IMG/VR virus record: IMGVR_UViG_3300044957_000619
From: a virus
DNA: 64,000 nucleotides
Strand: one strand, 5' to 3'
Shown piece after piece: positions 8,989 to 19,356 of the stretch (position 1 is its first letter; every line of letters begins with the position of its first letter). Made by a program: the position numbers and the translations under genes. Under the pieces are notes generated by a model, which saw only the letters and a program-made list of their open reading frames with translations, made no database searches and was not told where the DNA came from.

Positions 8989-10844
8989 TATTTTATCTCA
9001 CAAGCTCCGCCTGCACAAGCTAATTCTCCGGATAAATCTGTGTTATCGTCCAATTCAACAACTTGTGTCAAGTCAATATTTGTTAATGATTGCAACATAA
9101 CTTCGTATTGATCTTTACTAATATCTTCAAATGGTGCTTGAGTATATGTTCCTCCATCATATGGTAATACTGATAATCCGTTATAATGATCTCTATTCGT
9201 CCACATCCATTCTCCTGCTAATTCCCATTCATCTGCTTTAAGTGAAACTGTTGCAGATACATTATGTGTATTATTTCCGGATCTATGTCCTGGTTTTACC
9301 CATTCCAAATGTACTCGTTTAATTCGATCCAATAATGCAAATGGCGATTCGGTACGAAGAATTGCTCCTTCTGGTGCTTTTTGTGGAATTGAAATAACTG
9401 CAGTATCGTGTGGACGAAAATATTCATCTTCTACCAATTCTGGATGATTAGTTGCTAAATATGCATAGATGGCTTCATTTTTACCAACTCGGATTCTTCT
9501 CATATAGTAATCATTATGCCAAGCATGAATGCCAGATGATGTTCCCAATGCTAAAGACGTTGTTCCTGCGGGTTTAACTGTTGTAGTACGAGCTGATTTG
9601 TTAATACCAATCATTTCTGCTACTCGTTGATTTTCTTCTTTAACTGCCTTAGCAGCTGCTTTCATATCATATCCTAATACGACGCCAGAACCGATACCCG
9701 TCATTGATACTCCAATAAGTGCATCTTTCTCAGTTGTGCGTTTCCATACTGTACGAAGATAATGAAAATCTGTATATCCTGCTTGAAGTGTTCCAATGAA
9801 TGCTGCAGCACGTACTCGTGCCATTAAAACTTCTTGTGATTCAATATCCGATGCATTTACTTCACATAGATTACAAAATTGAAATGGTCGAAGTGCAATT
9901 TCACAACATGGGTTAGTTCCCCAATCTTTGTCATTGCTCAAATAAATTCCAGGCTCTCCTGCATTTGATAATTCAACTCGTTTCCACAAATCCATGAAAA
10001 ACTCTTTAGTAACTTTGTGACGAATTAATACTGCAGAATTATTTGCTCGGCCTCGTTGTGGATTCGTTTCCCACCAGTTACCTGATTTAGATGCAATCAT
10101 TTCTTCATCATCTGCCGAAAACAAAGATATCAAAGCTGCTCTGCGAATTCCACCTGCTAATACTGCATCTGCAACGTGACATACCATATCATGAGTTTCA
10201 ATTGGAGAAAGTTTATCGCCATCTTCTTTGGCATCTAAAATACCTTGCAATTTGATCAAACATTCCTTTAATGGTTGAGGTCCTGGAGCTTTTCCTCCTG
10301 ATGTAACCAATCTTGCACCTTTAGCTCTAATATCAGAAAAATCAAATGTATATGATGTTCCGCCTTCAAAATAAGATTTAACTAAAACTTTTACCGCATC
10401 TGCCCACCCTTCAATTGAATCTGCAATTAGATATCTACGCGTACGTTTTGTGTTTGGTTTACGTATTTCTGGCAACGCTTCGACGTGATGTTTCTGTACA
10501 GAATATCCAACACCAGTACCGCCTAGCAATAAAAACATTGTTTCGCCAAATGCTCTCCAATCATCTATAGGAAGATATGCACAATTATAAATTCGGTTAG
10601 GAGAGATTTCAATTGGCTTACCACCAAATTGCAAACTACGCATTGATGGTAATATTTTTTTGTCATAAACGAATTGATATGCAGCTTCAATTTCTTCCCG
10701 TAATTTAGGATATTTTTTGATGTGCATATTCATGTTTCTTGTAACTAACTCTTCCCATGTTTCTCTGCGGTTAAGTTCGGGAAGATATTTCGCATATTTC
10801 ATATGCACCGTAATTTCACTTAAAATTTGATTTGAAATTTCCAT
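8988..10844 (-). CDS. nrdJ: Class II (B12-dependent, monomeric type) ribonucleotide reductase
   Basis: RRETWEE, YNCAY, NPCCEI, TVKPAGT, C-terminal CAGGACEI; no small subunit gene nearby. Confidence 0.88.
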   Translation of the reverse strand: MEISNQILSEITVHMKYAKYLPELNRRETWEELVTRNMNMHIKKYPKLREEIEAAYQFVYDKKILPSMRSLQFGGKPIEISPNRIYNCAYLPIDDWRAFGETMFLLLGGTGVGYSVQKHHVEALPEIRKPNTKRTRRYLIADSIEGWADAVKVLVKSYFEGGTSYTFDFSDIRAKGARLVTSGGKAPGPQPLKECLIKLQGILDAKEDGDKLSPIETHDMVCHVADAVLAGGIRRAALISLFSADDEEMIASKSGNWWETNPQRGRANNSAVLIRHKVTKEFFMDLWKRVELSNAGEPGIYLSNDKDWGTNPCCEIALRPFQFCNLCEVNASDIESQEVLMARVRAAAFIGTLQAGYTDFHYLRTVWKRTTEKDALIGVSMTGIGSGVVLGYDMKAAAKAVKEENQRVAEMIGINKSARTTTVKPAGTTSLALGTSSGIHAWHNDYYMRRIRVGKNEAIYAYLATNHPELVEDEYFRPHDTAVISIPQKAPEGAILRTESPFALLDRIKRVHLEWVKPGHRSGNNTHNVSATVSLKADEWELAGEWMWTNRDHYNGLSVLPYDGGTYTQAPFEDISKDQYEVMLQSLTNIDLTQVVELDDNTDLSGELACAGGACEIK

Positions 10845-10890
10845 TGTTGTAATCTCTTTAGATGATTTATTGATTTAAAATTTTTAGACG

Positions 10891-10915
10891 AAAAAAGGAA
10901 GGAAAACTCCTTCCT
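10891..10915 (-). terminator. Probable intrinsic terminator after the helicase gene
   Basis: AGGAAGGA/TCCTTCCT stem followed by a T tract on the minus strand. Confidence 0.6.
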
Positions 10916-10939
10916 ACGTTCTTTCATATAAATATCATT

Positions 10940-12295
10940 TTATCCCAAAGATCCTCCAAGATCTTTAAACTTTTGTGCCAAATTTTTCTTAACTAAATTT
11001 TCACCAGTTTTCATAATCTGCGTAGTTTGTTTGCCTTGGGTTGTTTGTGGTTCAAAGAATTGAAATTGACCATTATTTGTATTAATTTTACTTGGCAACG
11101 TGATGCCATCTGGTCCAAATCGATTCTTAATAACATGTCCTCTACCAGTTCCTGACATTTTATCTTCTACTTTTCTAGATAGTGACATTAAAAAGTCAGC
11201 AACCATTACTTTTCCATATGATGATGCAATTTTATCTGCTTCAATAACGTCTTCTTCCAATGCACTACGTCCTGCTTGCGATGCCGTCCATACTGGAATT
11301 TTATATTCGCCAGCCATTCCTCGCAGTTCTTCGTATAAATCTTCTAATGCTTCATGCTTATCTTTTTTCGTATTTACTTTAAGCAAATCACCATAATCTA
11401 CAATAATTAAATTAGGTGTTTTGCCTTGCATTATTGTTTTTTCAATATGTGCTTTAAGTGCCATTACGCCTACTGACTTAGTTGGAAAATATTTGACCAC
11501 CAAATCTCCCGTTAGAGACTGCATCTTTTTTTCTACTGTGTCTTGATGATGCTTCAATGTTTGTGCGTTTATACCGGTCAATACCGAGTCATATCGCTGT
11601 CCTACATAGTTCTCATTGAGCTCTAATGTATAATGTATAACTGTCTTACCTGCTCGGACTGCATTAGCACCAATATTAATAAGCATCCACGATTTACCAA
11701 TACCTGCAGGTGCCATTACTACTCCTAACTCGCCTGGAGCTAATCCGCCATCCATTAAATCGTCAATAACATCCCAGCCCGTAGTAATGGTATGTCGAGC
11801 CGCTTCATTGTATCGAGCCGCAACATTGTTAATGTAATCCAAACCAATATCAGTATCAGCACCAGCTTTCATAGCGCTGTCCATTTTAGTTTTAATTGCA
11901 TCATAATTACCCATTTTGAGCAATGATACCGAATCCATTATGGCACGCTTGATTTCTTGATTTTTACAAAACTTAAGAATTTCGTCCTTTACAAAAGAAA
12001 GGTCATCTGATTCCATGTATCGAAACACTTCTTTCAATTGTTCCAATACTGCAGTTTTCAAAATATCATTTTCAATCTCTGTTATTTTGACTTTAAGTAC
12101 ATCTTTAGACGGCGGAGCTTTATATTGTTTAAAATGATCCAATACAATTTCTAACAACCAACTATTTGCATCTGATTCAAAATAATCAGCTTGAATAATA
12201 TCTGCAATTTGTTGCAAAAATATTCGGTCTGTAAATAATGCGGCTATAACTTTGACTTGAAATGAAAATCCATATTCGGTTAGACGATCCGTCAT
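10940..12295 (-). CDS. Replicative DnaB-like helicase (T4 gp41-like)
   Basis: Walker A APAGIGKS, IIVDYGD, WTASQ, KNRFG. Confidence 0.95.
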   Translation of the reverse strand: MTDRLTEYGFSFQVKVIAALFTDRIFLQQIADIIQADYFESDANSWLLEIVLDHFKQYKAPPSKDVLKVKITEIENDILKTAVLEQLKEVFRYMESDDLSFVKDEILKFCKNQEIKRAIMDSVSLLKMGNYDAIKTKMDSAMKAGADTDIGLDYINNVAARYNEAARHTITTGWDVIDDLMDGGLAPGELGVVMAPAGIGKSWMLINIGANAVRAGKTVIHYTLELNENYVGQRYDSVLTGINAQTLKHHQDTVEKKMQSLTGDLVVKYFPTKSVGVMALKAHIEKTIMQGKTPNLIIVDYGDLLKVNTKKDKHEALEDLYEELRGMAGEYKIPVWTASQAGRSALEEDVIEADKIASSYGKVMVADFLMSLSRKVEDKMSGTGRGHVIKNRFGPDGITLPSKINTNNGQFQFFEPQTTQGKQTTQIMKTGENLVKKNLAQKFKDLGGSLG

Positions 12296-12701
12296 TGTAT
12301 AATCTTTTTTATTTCGTTGATAACTATTTGTTTATTATTATTTATTTCAGATTCCCAAAATCTTAGCAATATTTTACCGTTTTGAGTCATGATGTTAGTT
12401 TTTAAAATATCATTATTGATATTTTTTATTTGCACTTCATTTATAAATGCCCTTGTTTTGTAATGATTGATTGATTTTGCCGTTGTTGTTCTAATATTAA
12501 TGAGTCTCTATTTAATAAAGCTAATTTAGACCTTGATTTTGACTCATTAGTTCTTGGTGCATAATTTCGAATCTTATTTTTACATGACCCACATACGCGT
12601 ACTTTTTTATCAGAGTGATTGCGATTCCATTTAGCATTAATACCAGTATGCGTTACTTGTTGATTACATAATGAACAATTACGATAATAGTTTTGCATCA
12701 T
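12292..12701 (-). pseudogene. Decayed Vsr/DUF559-like homing endonuclease (internal deletion and frameshift)
   Basis: N-part has CSLC...CGSC. An out-of-frame C-part NEVQIKNINNDILK...LLRFWESEI...KKIIQ* ends with TGA overlapping the helicase ATG. The catalytic centre is missing. Confidence 0.7.
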
Positions 12702-12736
12702 ATAACCATTATATAAAAAACGTTGTTAAATTCAAA

Positions 12737-13804
12737 TTATTTTTGTGTTTGTTTTGCAAATGCATTCAACGACAACCAAGTATTGTTCAACCAATCTGGC
12801 AAATTTTTCATGATAGCCCACATTTTATCTTCATAAAACAATCGTTGAAACTCAGCACGATTTAATTCTGGTATAGGCTGTTCCATGATACCGCGAATCT
12901 TGGTTGCAGTTTGTGCTGGTATATCAAGCAATTTGATATTCATTAACTGATAATTTTGTTCGATGATGCGACTATTATCAAGAATCTTTTGATATGATTT
13001 AGATTCTTTGAGTAGCTTTGTGCTTTTGTCAAACAATTGTTGAGTTGTATATGGTGTAGCACCAGCTAATTCTGGAATCAATTTCAATATGGTCTTTGGT
13101 CCTATTCCATTAACACCTGGAATATTGTCTGAAGCGTCACCTGTAAATGATCTGTAAATAACCATGTTAGTAGGATGCACTCCAAATTCTTCTTGCACCG
13201 TGTTCGTATCATACATTTTCTTTTTAATAGGCGACCATACTTGAATACGATCATCTATCAATTGATAAAAGTCTCTGTCCGTAGATACAATGGTAATTTT
13301 TTTGCATTCCGTTTCATACAATTGTGCAATGTATGCAATAGTATCATCTGCCTCAATTCCATCCATTGATATAAATGTAACTGGCAAATTATCTAAATAT
13401 GAAATCAAACGACTAAATTGATGTTGCATCGATTCTTGTTCTTGTTCCAAAGTTGATTCATGGTGATCGTGACGTCGCAATTTGGTTTTATTTGCACGAT
13501 TTGCTTTGTAATCACTATAAATACGTTTTCTTCGTGCAGAACCCCCGCGACCATCAAAAACAATGATGCAACGAGTCGGTTTAAAATCTCGTATTGTTTT
13601 ACCTACTGAATATAAAAATCCAGTAATGCCACCAATATGATCGCCATCTTCATTGCATGCGGGAGTTGCGCCGAAGCTTCTAATAAAAGTGTTCAGCCCG
13701 TCAAACACCATGAAATGATCATTGACATTCAACGGACTAGAACTCTTTTCTTGTTGTAACTCTTTGAATAACTGTTGATACTTATTCTTCATCATAAACT
13801 TCAT
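12737..13804 (-). CDS. 5'-3' exonuclease / RNase H (FEN, T4 rnh-like)
   Basis: FDGLN, VFDG, YKANR, EADD, STDRD, GDASDNIPGV.GIGPKT. True start probably a few codons in. Confidence 0.93.
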   Translation of the reverse strand: MKFMMKNKYQQLFKELQQEKSSSPLNVNDHFMVFDGLNTFIRSFGATPACNEDGDHIGGITGFLYSVGKTIRDFKPTRCIIVFDGRGGSARRKRIYSDYKANRANKTKLRRHDHHESTLEQEQESMQHQFSRLISYLDNLPVTFISMDGIEADDTIAYIAQLYETECKKITIVSTDRDFYQLIDDRIQVWSPIKKKMYDTNTVQEEFGVHPTNMVIYRSFTGDASDNIPGVNGIGPKTILKLIPELAGATPYTTQQLFDKSTKLLKESKSYQKILDNSRIIEQNYQLMNIKLLDIPAQTATKIRGIMEQPIPELNRAEFQRLFYEDKMWAIMKNLPDWLNNTWLSLNAFAKQTQK

Positions 13805-14942
13805 CTACGACAATTACGTCATCAATACCACCATCAACACCAGCTTGATATTTGAAGATATAAGCATCGCATATTCTTTGATATAATCTTTCTTTTGCTT
13901 CCGGATTATTAATAACCTTTTCCACAAAATCTTTGCTTTGAAATTTGAATTCGCCAAAGGATTCTCCAGTGTCGATATCTACGTCATCCATAGTATACCA
14001 AGCACCTGATTGTTTAACGATATCAAAATTCTTCATGATGTTCAACCAACCACCATAATTGTCAATTCCAGAATCATAGTAAATTTCGTAATTGACTTTG
14101 CGGTGCGGCGGACCCATCCTGTTTTTAACTACCTGTACTTCTGTTTTGCTACCCACAACTTGTTCTACACCACTTACTTTGGCTTTAATCATTCCGGTAT
14201 TTTTTAAACGCAATCTAACCGAAGCATGAAATGGAATTGCTTTACCACCTGCAGTTGTCCATTGGTCACCAAATGATACGCCCATTTTGGTACGTAATTG
14301 ATTGGTAAATATGAGACAAATACGTTCTCTTGCAATCCAATTAGTAACTTTTCGCATTGCTTTGGATAAAATGATGGATTTGCTAGTTGCATAACCATCC
14401 TTATCATATTCAGCAGACATTTCAATTTTTGTAGATGCACCCATAATTGAATCCACTACAATTGTAACTAATCGGTCTTTATCTGATTTACGTACTCCTT
14501 CAACAATGGTTTCAATTGTTTCAAAAATTTCTTCAATTGTTTCCAAAGGAACATAAAGCATTGTTTTTAAATCAACCCCAATTGCTGCTAGAAACTCAGA
14601 ACTTACTGCGGCTTCTGTATCAATATATACTGCCAATCCACCTTTCTTTTGTGTTTCTGCTAATGTGTGTGCAGCTAACAACGATTTACCAGATGCTTCC
14701 AATCCGGTAATTTCAGTGATGCGCCCAACGGGGAAACCCCCATGGGCGCGATTTGAAATTGCTAAATCGAGCATCGAGCAACCAGATGATACCCATTCTG
14801 TTACATTGCTTGGAGCATCTTCATCGCCATCTAAAAAGAATGCAGTTTTGAGTGATTGACCTTTAAATTGCTTGTTGATACTTTCTGCCAATGTTGATGC
14901 TAGAGTATCTTCTATTTCCAGTTTGCTTTTACTCTTTGCCAT
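13782..14942 (-). CDS. uvsX: RecA/UvsX recombinase
   Basis: GRITEITGLEASGKS, YIDTE, VVDS, FTNQLR, GGKA. Confidence 0.93.
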   Translation of the reverse strand: MAKSKSKLEIEDTLASTLAESINKQFKGQSLKTAFFLDGDEDAPSNVTEWVSSGCSMLDLAISNRAHGGFPVGRITEITGLEASGKSLLAAHTLAETQKKGGLAVYIDTEAAVSSEFLAAIGVDLKTMLYVPLETIEEIFETIETIVEGVRKSDKDRLVTIVVDSIMGASTKIEMSAEYDKDGYATSKSIILSKAMRKVTNWIARERICLIFTNQLRTKMGVSFGDQWTTAGGKAIPFHASVRLRLKNTGMIKAKVSGVEQVVGSKTEVQVVKNRMGPPHRKVNYEIYYDSGIDNYGGWLNIMKNFDIVKQSGAWYTMDDVDIDTGESFGEFKFQSKDFVEKVINNPEAKERLYQRICDAYIFKYQAGVDGGIDDVIVVDEVYDEE

Positions 14943-14957
14943 TACATAACCTCACTG

Positions 14958-15728
14958 TTAGTTGTTGAATAAATCATCGAATGCAGAAGCAACATCATCA
15001 ACTTTTTTAGTTGCAGCTGGTTTAGCAGCCTTTGTTGCTGGAGCTTCTTCTTCCTCATCGTCAGCATCAACATCTGAATCTGCATTTTCTGGATTCATCC
15101 ATTCTGCTAATGCGTTTTCTAATTCTTCGTACGTTGGTTCCGGAAATAAATCAGTAATTTCAGGTTGATTCATGATTTTTTGTGCAATCTCCTTGTTATC
15201 AGTTGCAGGTTGAGTATTAGGCTTAACACGAATTGCAGTCTTTGGATAAGCTCCGCCTTCTGCTGGTGTAAATTCTACATCAATATCACGACCCTTCATC
15301 AAATCCGTAATGTCACCATAATCTGGATCTGAAATGATTGAAAGCAATTCTGTATAGATTGTTTTACCGAATCCCCAAAACTTAACGCCTTCGGATTCTT
15401 TACCGCGAATAAGTACAGGAACATAGGTACGCATTTTAGGTTCAATCTTACGACCCATTAGCCAATCTTCTTTATCTCCGGTCTTTTTTAGTTTGTCTGC
15501 AAATTCTACGATTGGATCTGCATTACCAAATGTTATTGGAGATAACATGGATTTCTTTCCAATGTCATAATGAAAATACAATTCTAAAAACGGATTGTCT
15601 TTGCGATGAACGTAAGGTACAATGCGCACCCTCGTTTTTCCTGCTTCGGGTTTCCAAATTAGCTGCTTTTTGTCATCAGCTTTGTTTAATTGATTAAGTT
15701 TTGCCTTAATGGCGTCTAAATTTAACAT
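14958..15728 (-). CDS. Single-stranded DNA binding protein (gp32-like)
   Basis: WKP.GK..VRIVP, GVKFWGFGK, DITDL..GRDI, acidic tail AFDDLF. Confidence 0.88.
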   Translation of the reverse strand: MLNLDAIKAKLNQLNKADDKKQLIWKPEAGKTRVRIVPYVHRKDNPFLELYFHYDIGKKSMLSPITFGNADPIVEFADKLKKTGDKEDWLMGRKIEPKMRTYVPVLIRGKESEGVKFWGFGKTIYTELLSIISDPDYGDITDLMKGRDIDVEFTPAEGGAYPKTAIRVKPNTQPATDNKEIAQKIMNQPEITDLFPEPTYEELENALAEWMNPENADSDVDADDEEEEAPATKAAKPAATKKVDDVASAFDDLFNN

Positions 15729-15760
15729 AAATTTCCTTTTTTTTTTTGTTAATTAATAAT

Positions 15761-15789
15761 AATATAATTGATTTACTAGTTAAATCCAA
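15761..15789 (-). promoter_or_regulatory. Promoter TTGGAT-N17-TATATT upstream of the SSB gene
   Basis: Matches the recurrent motif with a 17-nt spacer. Confidence 0.6.
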
Positions 15790-15791
15790 GT

Positions 15792-16481
15792 TTATAATTT
15801 ATTTTTTGATTTTATTGTGTTTTTAAATGATTCAATGCGTTTTCGTTTATGTTCTTCAGATTGTGGTCCAGTTTTGCGTCCAGTTAGTGTATTGCTAATT
15901 TTTTGTTTTATTTCATCAGTTTTAGGTTTACCATAATTATGATTTTTTTGACCTTTGTGTGCATCACTCATTTTATTCTTTGTCTCCAACGGTAGTTGTT
16001 TACCTATCTGAGAAGCGCTTTTTTGTTTGCGGCGGTCTATAGACCAGGCTGAATTTAATTTTTGCTTAGTTTCGTTAGAATGTTGTTTACCCTTATTCCA
16101 AGCTGTCCGTCCTTTACTAGATTGACTAATTTTAAATTTAGTTTCATTTGAATGAGTAAATGATTTTCTTGATTCGCTAATTAATAGTTTAATACGCTCG
16201 TATTCTTGACTACTAACAGTATAATTGCGTTGCTGATTGTTACTCTGTGCCTTGTTAGACATCAGCCAATATGCATACAATAATTTGGAATTGTTTGGAT
16301 AAATTTCACAAAGAAGTTTATGTGCTATGAAATGTTCCCGAGCTGTTAAATCAACTAAGTTTGATGCATCATCACTTCCGCCTACACAACGAGGAATAAT
16401 ATGATGCCTTTCTTTGTAACCTGTTAAGACTCTTGTTTTAGCTCGGTCGATTAGTTGATTGTAAATTTGTTCATAATTCAT
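15792..16481 (-). CDS. HNH homing endonuclease with NUMOD3 repeats
   Basis: ERHHIIPRCVGG...NLVDLTAREHFIAH; HSNETK repeats; paralogue of 925-1590. Confidence 0.9.
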   Translation of the reverse strand: MNYEQIYNQLIDRAKTRVLTGYKERHHIIPRCVGGSDDASNLVDLTAREHFIAHKLLCEIYPNNSKLLYAYWLMSNKAQSNNQQRNYTVSSQEYERIKLLISESRKSFTHSNETKFKISQSSKGRTAWNKGKQHSNETKQKLNSAWSIDRRKQKSASQIGKQLPLETKNKMSDAHKGQKNHNYGKPKTDEIKQKISNTLTGRKTGPQSEEHKRKRIESFKNTIKSKNKL

Positions 16482-16573
16482 TTAATTAGTTTCCTTAGTT
16501 AATTAATTATAATTTAATTAGTTATGTCGTTAATTCAAAGTTAATTGGTAAATTTCTTTTACATATATAAATA

Positions 16574-16960
16574 TCAGTTCCAAACGATTTTCTTGAAGAA
16601 AATCAAGTCAATTACGCAGTATCCTGCATCATCTGTAAGGATAAAAGAATTTTGATATTTGGTCCAATCTAATCGATATGATTTGTCCAATACGCCGTTA
16701 TTTACTACTCGAATAACTTTATTAAGTGCATTAACGGTATACAAGGTATTGGTTTCTTTTTTGCGGTGAATGCTAATTGTATTCTGACCCCGTTGTGTTA
16801 CTGCGACGGCATTGTATGTGCAATATAAATTATCGGTAGCTTCTGCATTGGCAAATACAAAGATTCGACGTTCTGGTATAGTATAGCTTTGTTGTATGTA
16901 ATCTGATATTATGTTTAAATCTGACTTATGTGCAAATGTGCAAAGTAATTGTGTTTTCAT
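16574..16960 (-). CDS. Hypothetical phage protein
   Basis: MKTQLLCTF...ISIHRKKETNTLYTVNALN. Confidence 0.7.
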   Translation of the reverse strand: MKTQLLCTFAHKSDLNIISDYIQQSYTIPERRIFVFANAEATDNLYCTYNAVAVTQRGQNTISIHRKKETNTLYTVNALNKVIRVVNNGVLDKSYRLDWTKYQNSFILTDDAGYCVIDLIFFKKIVWN

Positions 16961-16966
16961 TCTTCA

Positions 16967-18031
16967 TCAATCCTGCGGTTTTTTTGTTACTTTAGTGTTT
17001 AATTGGCTGCCTAATACGAATAATTTATTTTGGTGAAAATTTGCAATTGCCGGTGATAAGCGATCATTGCGACATTTTAAAATAGGTGCTAATTCATCGG
17101 CAGCTTCTAAAAACAACGTTTCATTTGATTTGATTATCATACCCCACCAATTAACTGATGTAATTTTTTCAACAACCATTTTATCTACAATATTACAAAA
17201 TGCATGAATCATGGTATCTAAATTATCATCCAATTGATAAAATGATTGTAGTTTTTTGCTTATGTTTTGTAACATTGGAATATCTGATTCGTCACCTAAT
17301 TTGATAATACGACGAATATCCGTTTCGGTTTTTTCTGTATCTAAAAAATCTAAAACTGAATTAATTTGTTCTCGACCTTTCGATTTGCTAATATCCTGGC
17401 CAGTTAATAGTTTTGCCATTTCTAAAAAACTATTTAACAATTGTACACCTTCGGAAGATAATGACCCAAAATCGAAAGTGATCTTTTCATAGTTTTTCAA
17501 TGAAACTGTTTGATCGCCGACTTCGATATCTGCTTCAATTCCCGATTCGCCAGCGACTGCCCCTTTAACTAATCCGCCATATGAAATTGCAAACCATAAT
17601 TCTGATTCATCGCCGTTTGGAATTTTGATTGTATTTTTGATTATATTATATAATGTACTATAAACTCCTCGAATTGGCACAACGCCAGTCGCTAATCGCA
17701 TTTTTACCGGTCCGGTAATTAAATCAATTAATTGATCAGATTCATTACTACTCATAACAGCGTCATACATAGCAGGCAGTCCGATTATTTGTTGTCCTTC
17801 AACGCTAAACTTTGTTTTAATATATTGTTCAAATGATGCAGCATTATTAAATAAATCTGCCGTTGCTTCTGTAATACCTTGAGCTCGATTAACAATATGT
17901 TGAGCTTCAAGTGGTGAGAGGTCTGTCATTTCTAAAATGATATCATATAACATTTTGTAATCTCGAGATTGCGTTGGATATCCTTTTGGTAATCTGTAAC
18001 TCCATTCTGTAAGTATTGAATCTATAGTCAT
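16967..18031 (-). CDS. Hypothetical protein, possible PD-(D/E)xK nuclease
   Basis: N-terminal ILTEWSYRLPKGYP; central E...ADIEVGDQTVSLK. Confidence 0.45.
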   Translation of the reverse strand: MTIDSILTEWSYRLPKGYPTQSRDYKMLYDIILEMTDLSPLEAQHIVNRAQGITEATADLFNNAASFEQYIKTKFSVEGQQIIGLPAMYDAVMSSNESDQLIDLITGPVKMRLATGVVPIRGVYSTLYNIIKNTIKIPNGDESELWFAISYGGLVKGAVAGESGIEADIEVGDQTVSLKNYEKITFDFGSLSSEGVQLLNSFLEMAKLLTGQDISKSKGREQINSVLDFLDTEKTETDIRRIIKLGDESDIPMLQNISKKLQSFYQLDDNLDTMIHAFCNIVDKMVVEKITSVNWWGMIIKSNETLFLEAADELAPILKCRNDRLSPAIANFHQNKLFVLGSQLNTKVTKKPQD

Positions 18032-19350
18032 AATGAGATAGTTTTCATTTTATCATAAATATCGCCAACTTTACATTTTACCGGCAAATTTCCTTGTTCT
18101 AACACGTTCTTGATTGCAGGAAGCAATTCTCGAGCTTCATCATAATTCATATCAAAAAGTATAGAATCATACGTATAAAGCACAATGCAACTTTGTGCAC
18201 CATGCAGTAATTCTTGTACTTGTTGCAATTTTCTTACGGATACTTCGGTTTCAATGGCCTGCAAATAGTAATTAAACAATTTAAATGCTGTCATGTTTTG
18301 AACTGCATCTTTGCATATACTACGTTTTGTAATGGGCGTATAAATACAACCCGCACGTTTCCATTTATCCCACAATACGTACACAAAATCATTTACTTTG
18401 CGAAAAAATGGTATTGATAAAAATTCTGCATCAATACCTCCGTACAATAAACGAAATGTTATAGCTTTGCTTTCTGCACGTTGTTCTTCTGTTAACGTTT
18501 CTGTATCAAAATAGAATCGGCCTAAATAATCATGTATAGATGATTCTGGTAATTTGTATCTAATAGCTGCTGCAATCAATCTAACATGATATGAATCAAA
18601 ATCCATTTCAACCAATGCACCTCGTTCAAATCTACTACAAAATGCTGCTCGAGTACCATCTTCTTTGTTCATTGCCGCAAAATTAAAACCGCCAAATGCA
18701 TTGCTCGGTCGACCTGTGGTTGTATGATAATGATAATTAGAATACACTCGTCCATCATGAATCAATTCCGGCATACGAAATGCATCATTAACTGCTAATC
18801 CTGCTTGTTCTATTTTAGCAAATACTTCCGGATACACTGCATTGAACTGCAAATATGATGGTGTTAATTCTGCATTTGCACACATTGGCCAAGCATAGTG
18901 TCGAATCTTCTGACACATTGCTAAATGTTGTTGCAAAGGCACAATGCTATTAACTGCTGGTAAATTAGTGTGTCGGCGCCAATAAAAGCGATGAGCTGCA
19001 GTTGGATAATGAGATTCATCATATGCTTCGGAGTATGTATACCACCACAACGTCTTAACATCCCATACAGACCCATTACCTCCCGTTTGAAGCCATTGCT
19101 TCTTGTCATGAACAAAGATATTCTCTAATGCTAAAAACTCCGGGACAATCTCAGTAAAGCCCCTTAGTTGTTCAGAATGACGAAATGGAATTATGCGTTC
19201 TATGTCATCTTCTGTATAAATGTACACAGCACATAACATATTCACTGCAACATGTTTCGTAGGACTACAGAATATAGGTACTAGCAAAGTTTTGCGACTC
19301 TGAATAAAGTTCAAGGTGGCTCGTGCATCTTCTATAGTATCCACAATCAT
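18028..19350 (-). CDS. Compact family A DNA polymerase
   Basis: TTTGRPS; motif A EMDFDSYHVR; motif B SKAITFRLLYG; NYYLQ; motif C YTYDS. Confidence 0.8.
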   Translation of the reverse strand: MIVDTIEDARATLNFIQSRKTLLVPIFCSPTKHVAVNMLCAVYIYTEDDIERIIPFRHSEQLRGFTEIVPEFLALENIFVHDKKQWLQTGGNGSVWDVKTLWWYTYSEAYDESHYPTAAHRFYWRRHTNLPAVNSIVPLQQHLAMCQKIRHYAWPMCANAELTPSYLQFNAVYPEVFAKIEQAGLAVNDAFRMPELIHDGRVYSNYHYHTTTGRPSNAFGGFNFAAMNKEDGTRAAFCSRFERGALVEMDFDSYHVRLIAAAIRYKLPESSIHDYLGRFYFDTETLTEEQRAESKAITFRLLYGGIDAEFLSIPFFRKVNDFVYVLWDKWKRAGCIYTPITKRSICKDAVQNMTAFKLFNYYLQAIETEVSVRKLQQVQELLHGAQSCIVLYTYDSILFDMNYDEARELLPAIKNVLEQGNLPVKCKVGDIYDKMKTISL

Positions 19351-19356
19351 ATATGA

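Noticed and set aside
15736-15747. Poly-A tracts before the SSB RBS (and the capsid RBS near 41404) as phase-variation sites
   Set aside because: They are non-coding and more simply explained as A-rich translation enhancers; one sequence gives no evidence of length variation.
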